Shown here: in pieces, positions 63,251-64,000 of the stretch
Layout of the letters: each line of letters begins with the position of its first letter
How positions within the stretch are numbered: the stretch's first letter is position 1
Origin: Thiotrichales bacterium
Lineage (GTDB): Bacteria; Pseudomonadota; Gammaproteobacteria; UWMA-0217
Direction of reading: 5' to 3'
Assembly (NCBI GenBank): GCA_050329935.1
Contig: JBHJOI010000032.1
Span: 61,350 to 125,349 of the forward strand
Length of the DNA stretch: 64,000 bases
Notes under the pieces: generated by a model
Told to the model about the DNA's origin: nothing
Database searches by the model: none
The model's input: the letters and a program-made list of their open reading frames with translations, nothing else
Made by a program: the position numbers and the translations under genes

Positions 63251-64000
63251 ATGGATCGCGCCAAGGCCATTGAATTCGTACATGAGTTGCTACGCACGAT
63301 GGTGGAGCAACAGGGCTCGGACTTGTTCATCACGGCCGGAGCGCCGCCGAGCATGAAGGTGAACGGCCTCCTGCAGCCGATCACGCAGCACAAACTCACG
63401 CCGACCCACACGCAAATGTTGGCGCGTGCATTGATGAACGACCGCCAGTTGGGCGAGTTCGAAAAGCACCAGGAAACCGGATTCAGCATAGCGGTGACCG
63501 GCGTTTCGCGGTTCAGGGTCAGTGCGTTCATGCAGCGGGGTTTTTATGGGATGGTGTTGCGGCGCATCAACGATCAGATTCCTACCTTCGAAGAGTTGAA
63601 TCTACCCTCGTCGCTGCGGGAAGTCGCGATGATGCGGCGTGGACTCGTGCTCGTGGTTGGGGCGACCGGATCCGGCAAATCAAGCACGCTGGCGGCGCTG
63701 TTGGGTTTTCGCAATCGCACCAGTCGCGGACATATCATTACGATCGAGGATCCGGTCGAGTTCGTGCACGAACACGATCAGTGCATCGTGACTCAGCGCG
63801 AAATCGGTATCGATACGGAATCCTATGAAGCGGCGCTCAAGAATGCGTTGCGTCAGGCGCCCGACGTGATTGTCCTTGGCGAAATTCGCGACCGTGCCGC
63901 AATGGATTATGCCATCACCTTCGCCGAGACCGGCCACCTTTGCATGTCCACGGTTCATGCCAACAGCGCCAATCAAGCCATGGAGCGGGTGCTGAATTTC
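63251..64000 (+). CDS. pilU: type IV pilus ATPase PilU; 3' end runs off the window
   Basis: MDRAKAIEFVHELLRTMVEQQGSDLFIT..., GATGSGKSST. Confidence 0.9.
   Translation, partial: MDRAKAIEFVHELLRTMVEQQGSDLFITAGAPPSMKVNGLLQPITQHKLTPTHTQMLARALMNDRQLGEFEKHQETGFSIAVTGVSRFRVSAFMQRGFYGMVLRRINDQIPTFEELNLPSSLREVAMMRRGLVLVVGATGSGKSSTLAALLGFRNRTSRGHIITIEDPVEFVHEHDQCIVTQREIGIDTESYEAALKNALRQAPDVIVLGEIRDRAAMDYAITFAETGHLCMSTVHANSANQAMERVLNF

Overview
This 64-kb window is the replication-origin-proximal core of a high-GC gammaproteobacterial chromosome. Gene order and content resemble Pseudomonas and sulfur-oxidising Chromatiales or Ectothiorhodospiraceae-type genomes. The minus strand carries an NlpC/P60 lipoprotein (partial), ubiD, xthA, prlC, gyrB, recF, dnaN and dnaA. 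Diverging from them on the plus strand are rpmH, rnpA, yidC, mnmE, mnmG, rsmG, parAB, the complete atpIBEFHAGDC operon, glmU and glmS. Further on are a DJ-1/ctpA/envC cluster; an ArsR-rhodanese-grxC-trxC-secB-gpsA thiol-redox module; trmL; glnA with a DUF4124 gene and ntrBC; a LOG-family gene; polA; engB; cytochrome c4; dsbA; btuB; dacB; a cytoplasmic three-subunit molybdoenzyme that best fits sulfite dehydrogenase SoeABC; yggSTU-proC; and pilTU (partial). Almost everything is conserved housekeeping. I see no defence island, mobile element, CRISPR array, rRNA or tRNA gene. Non-coding elements I can support from the sequence: a candidate oriC between dnaA and dnaN (two perfect DnaA boxes plus an AT-rich DUE); a perfect 16-bp parS embedded in the recF 3' end; a cobalamin riboswitch with an SD-sequestering switch in front of btuB, which the ORF track mis-reads as an N-terminal extension; a sigma54 promoter with tandem NtrC sites for glnA; and a roughly 117-nt four-hairpin structured sRNA candidate in the polA-engB gap, the position occupied by Spot42/ErsA in other gammaproteobacteria. 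The loci most worth follow-up for novelty are the 0.85-kb unassigned spacer after glmS (an orphan 119-aa ORF plus 20-bp and 14-bp perfect palindromes), the polA-engB sRNA, two small orphan ORFs (74 aa membrane protein, 93 aa acidic protein), and the soeABC-like locus with an upstream inverted repeat.
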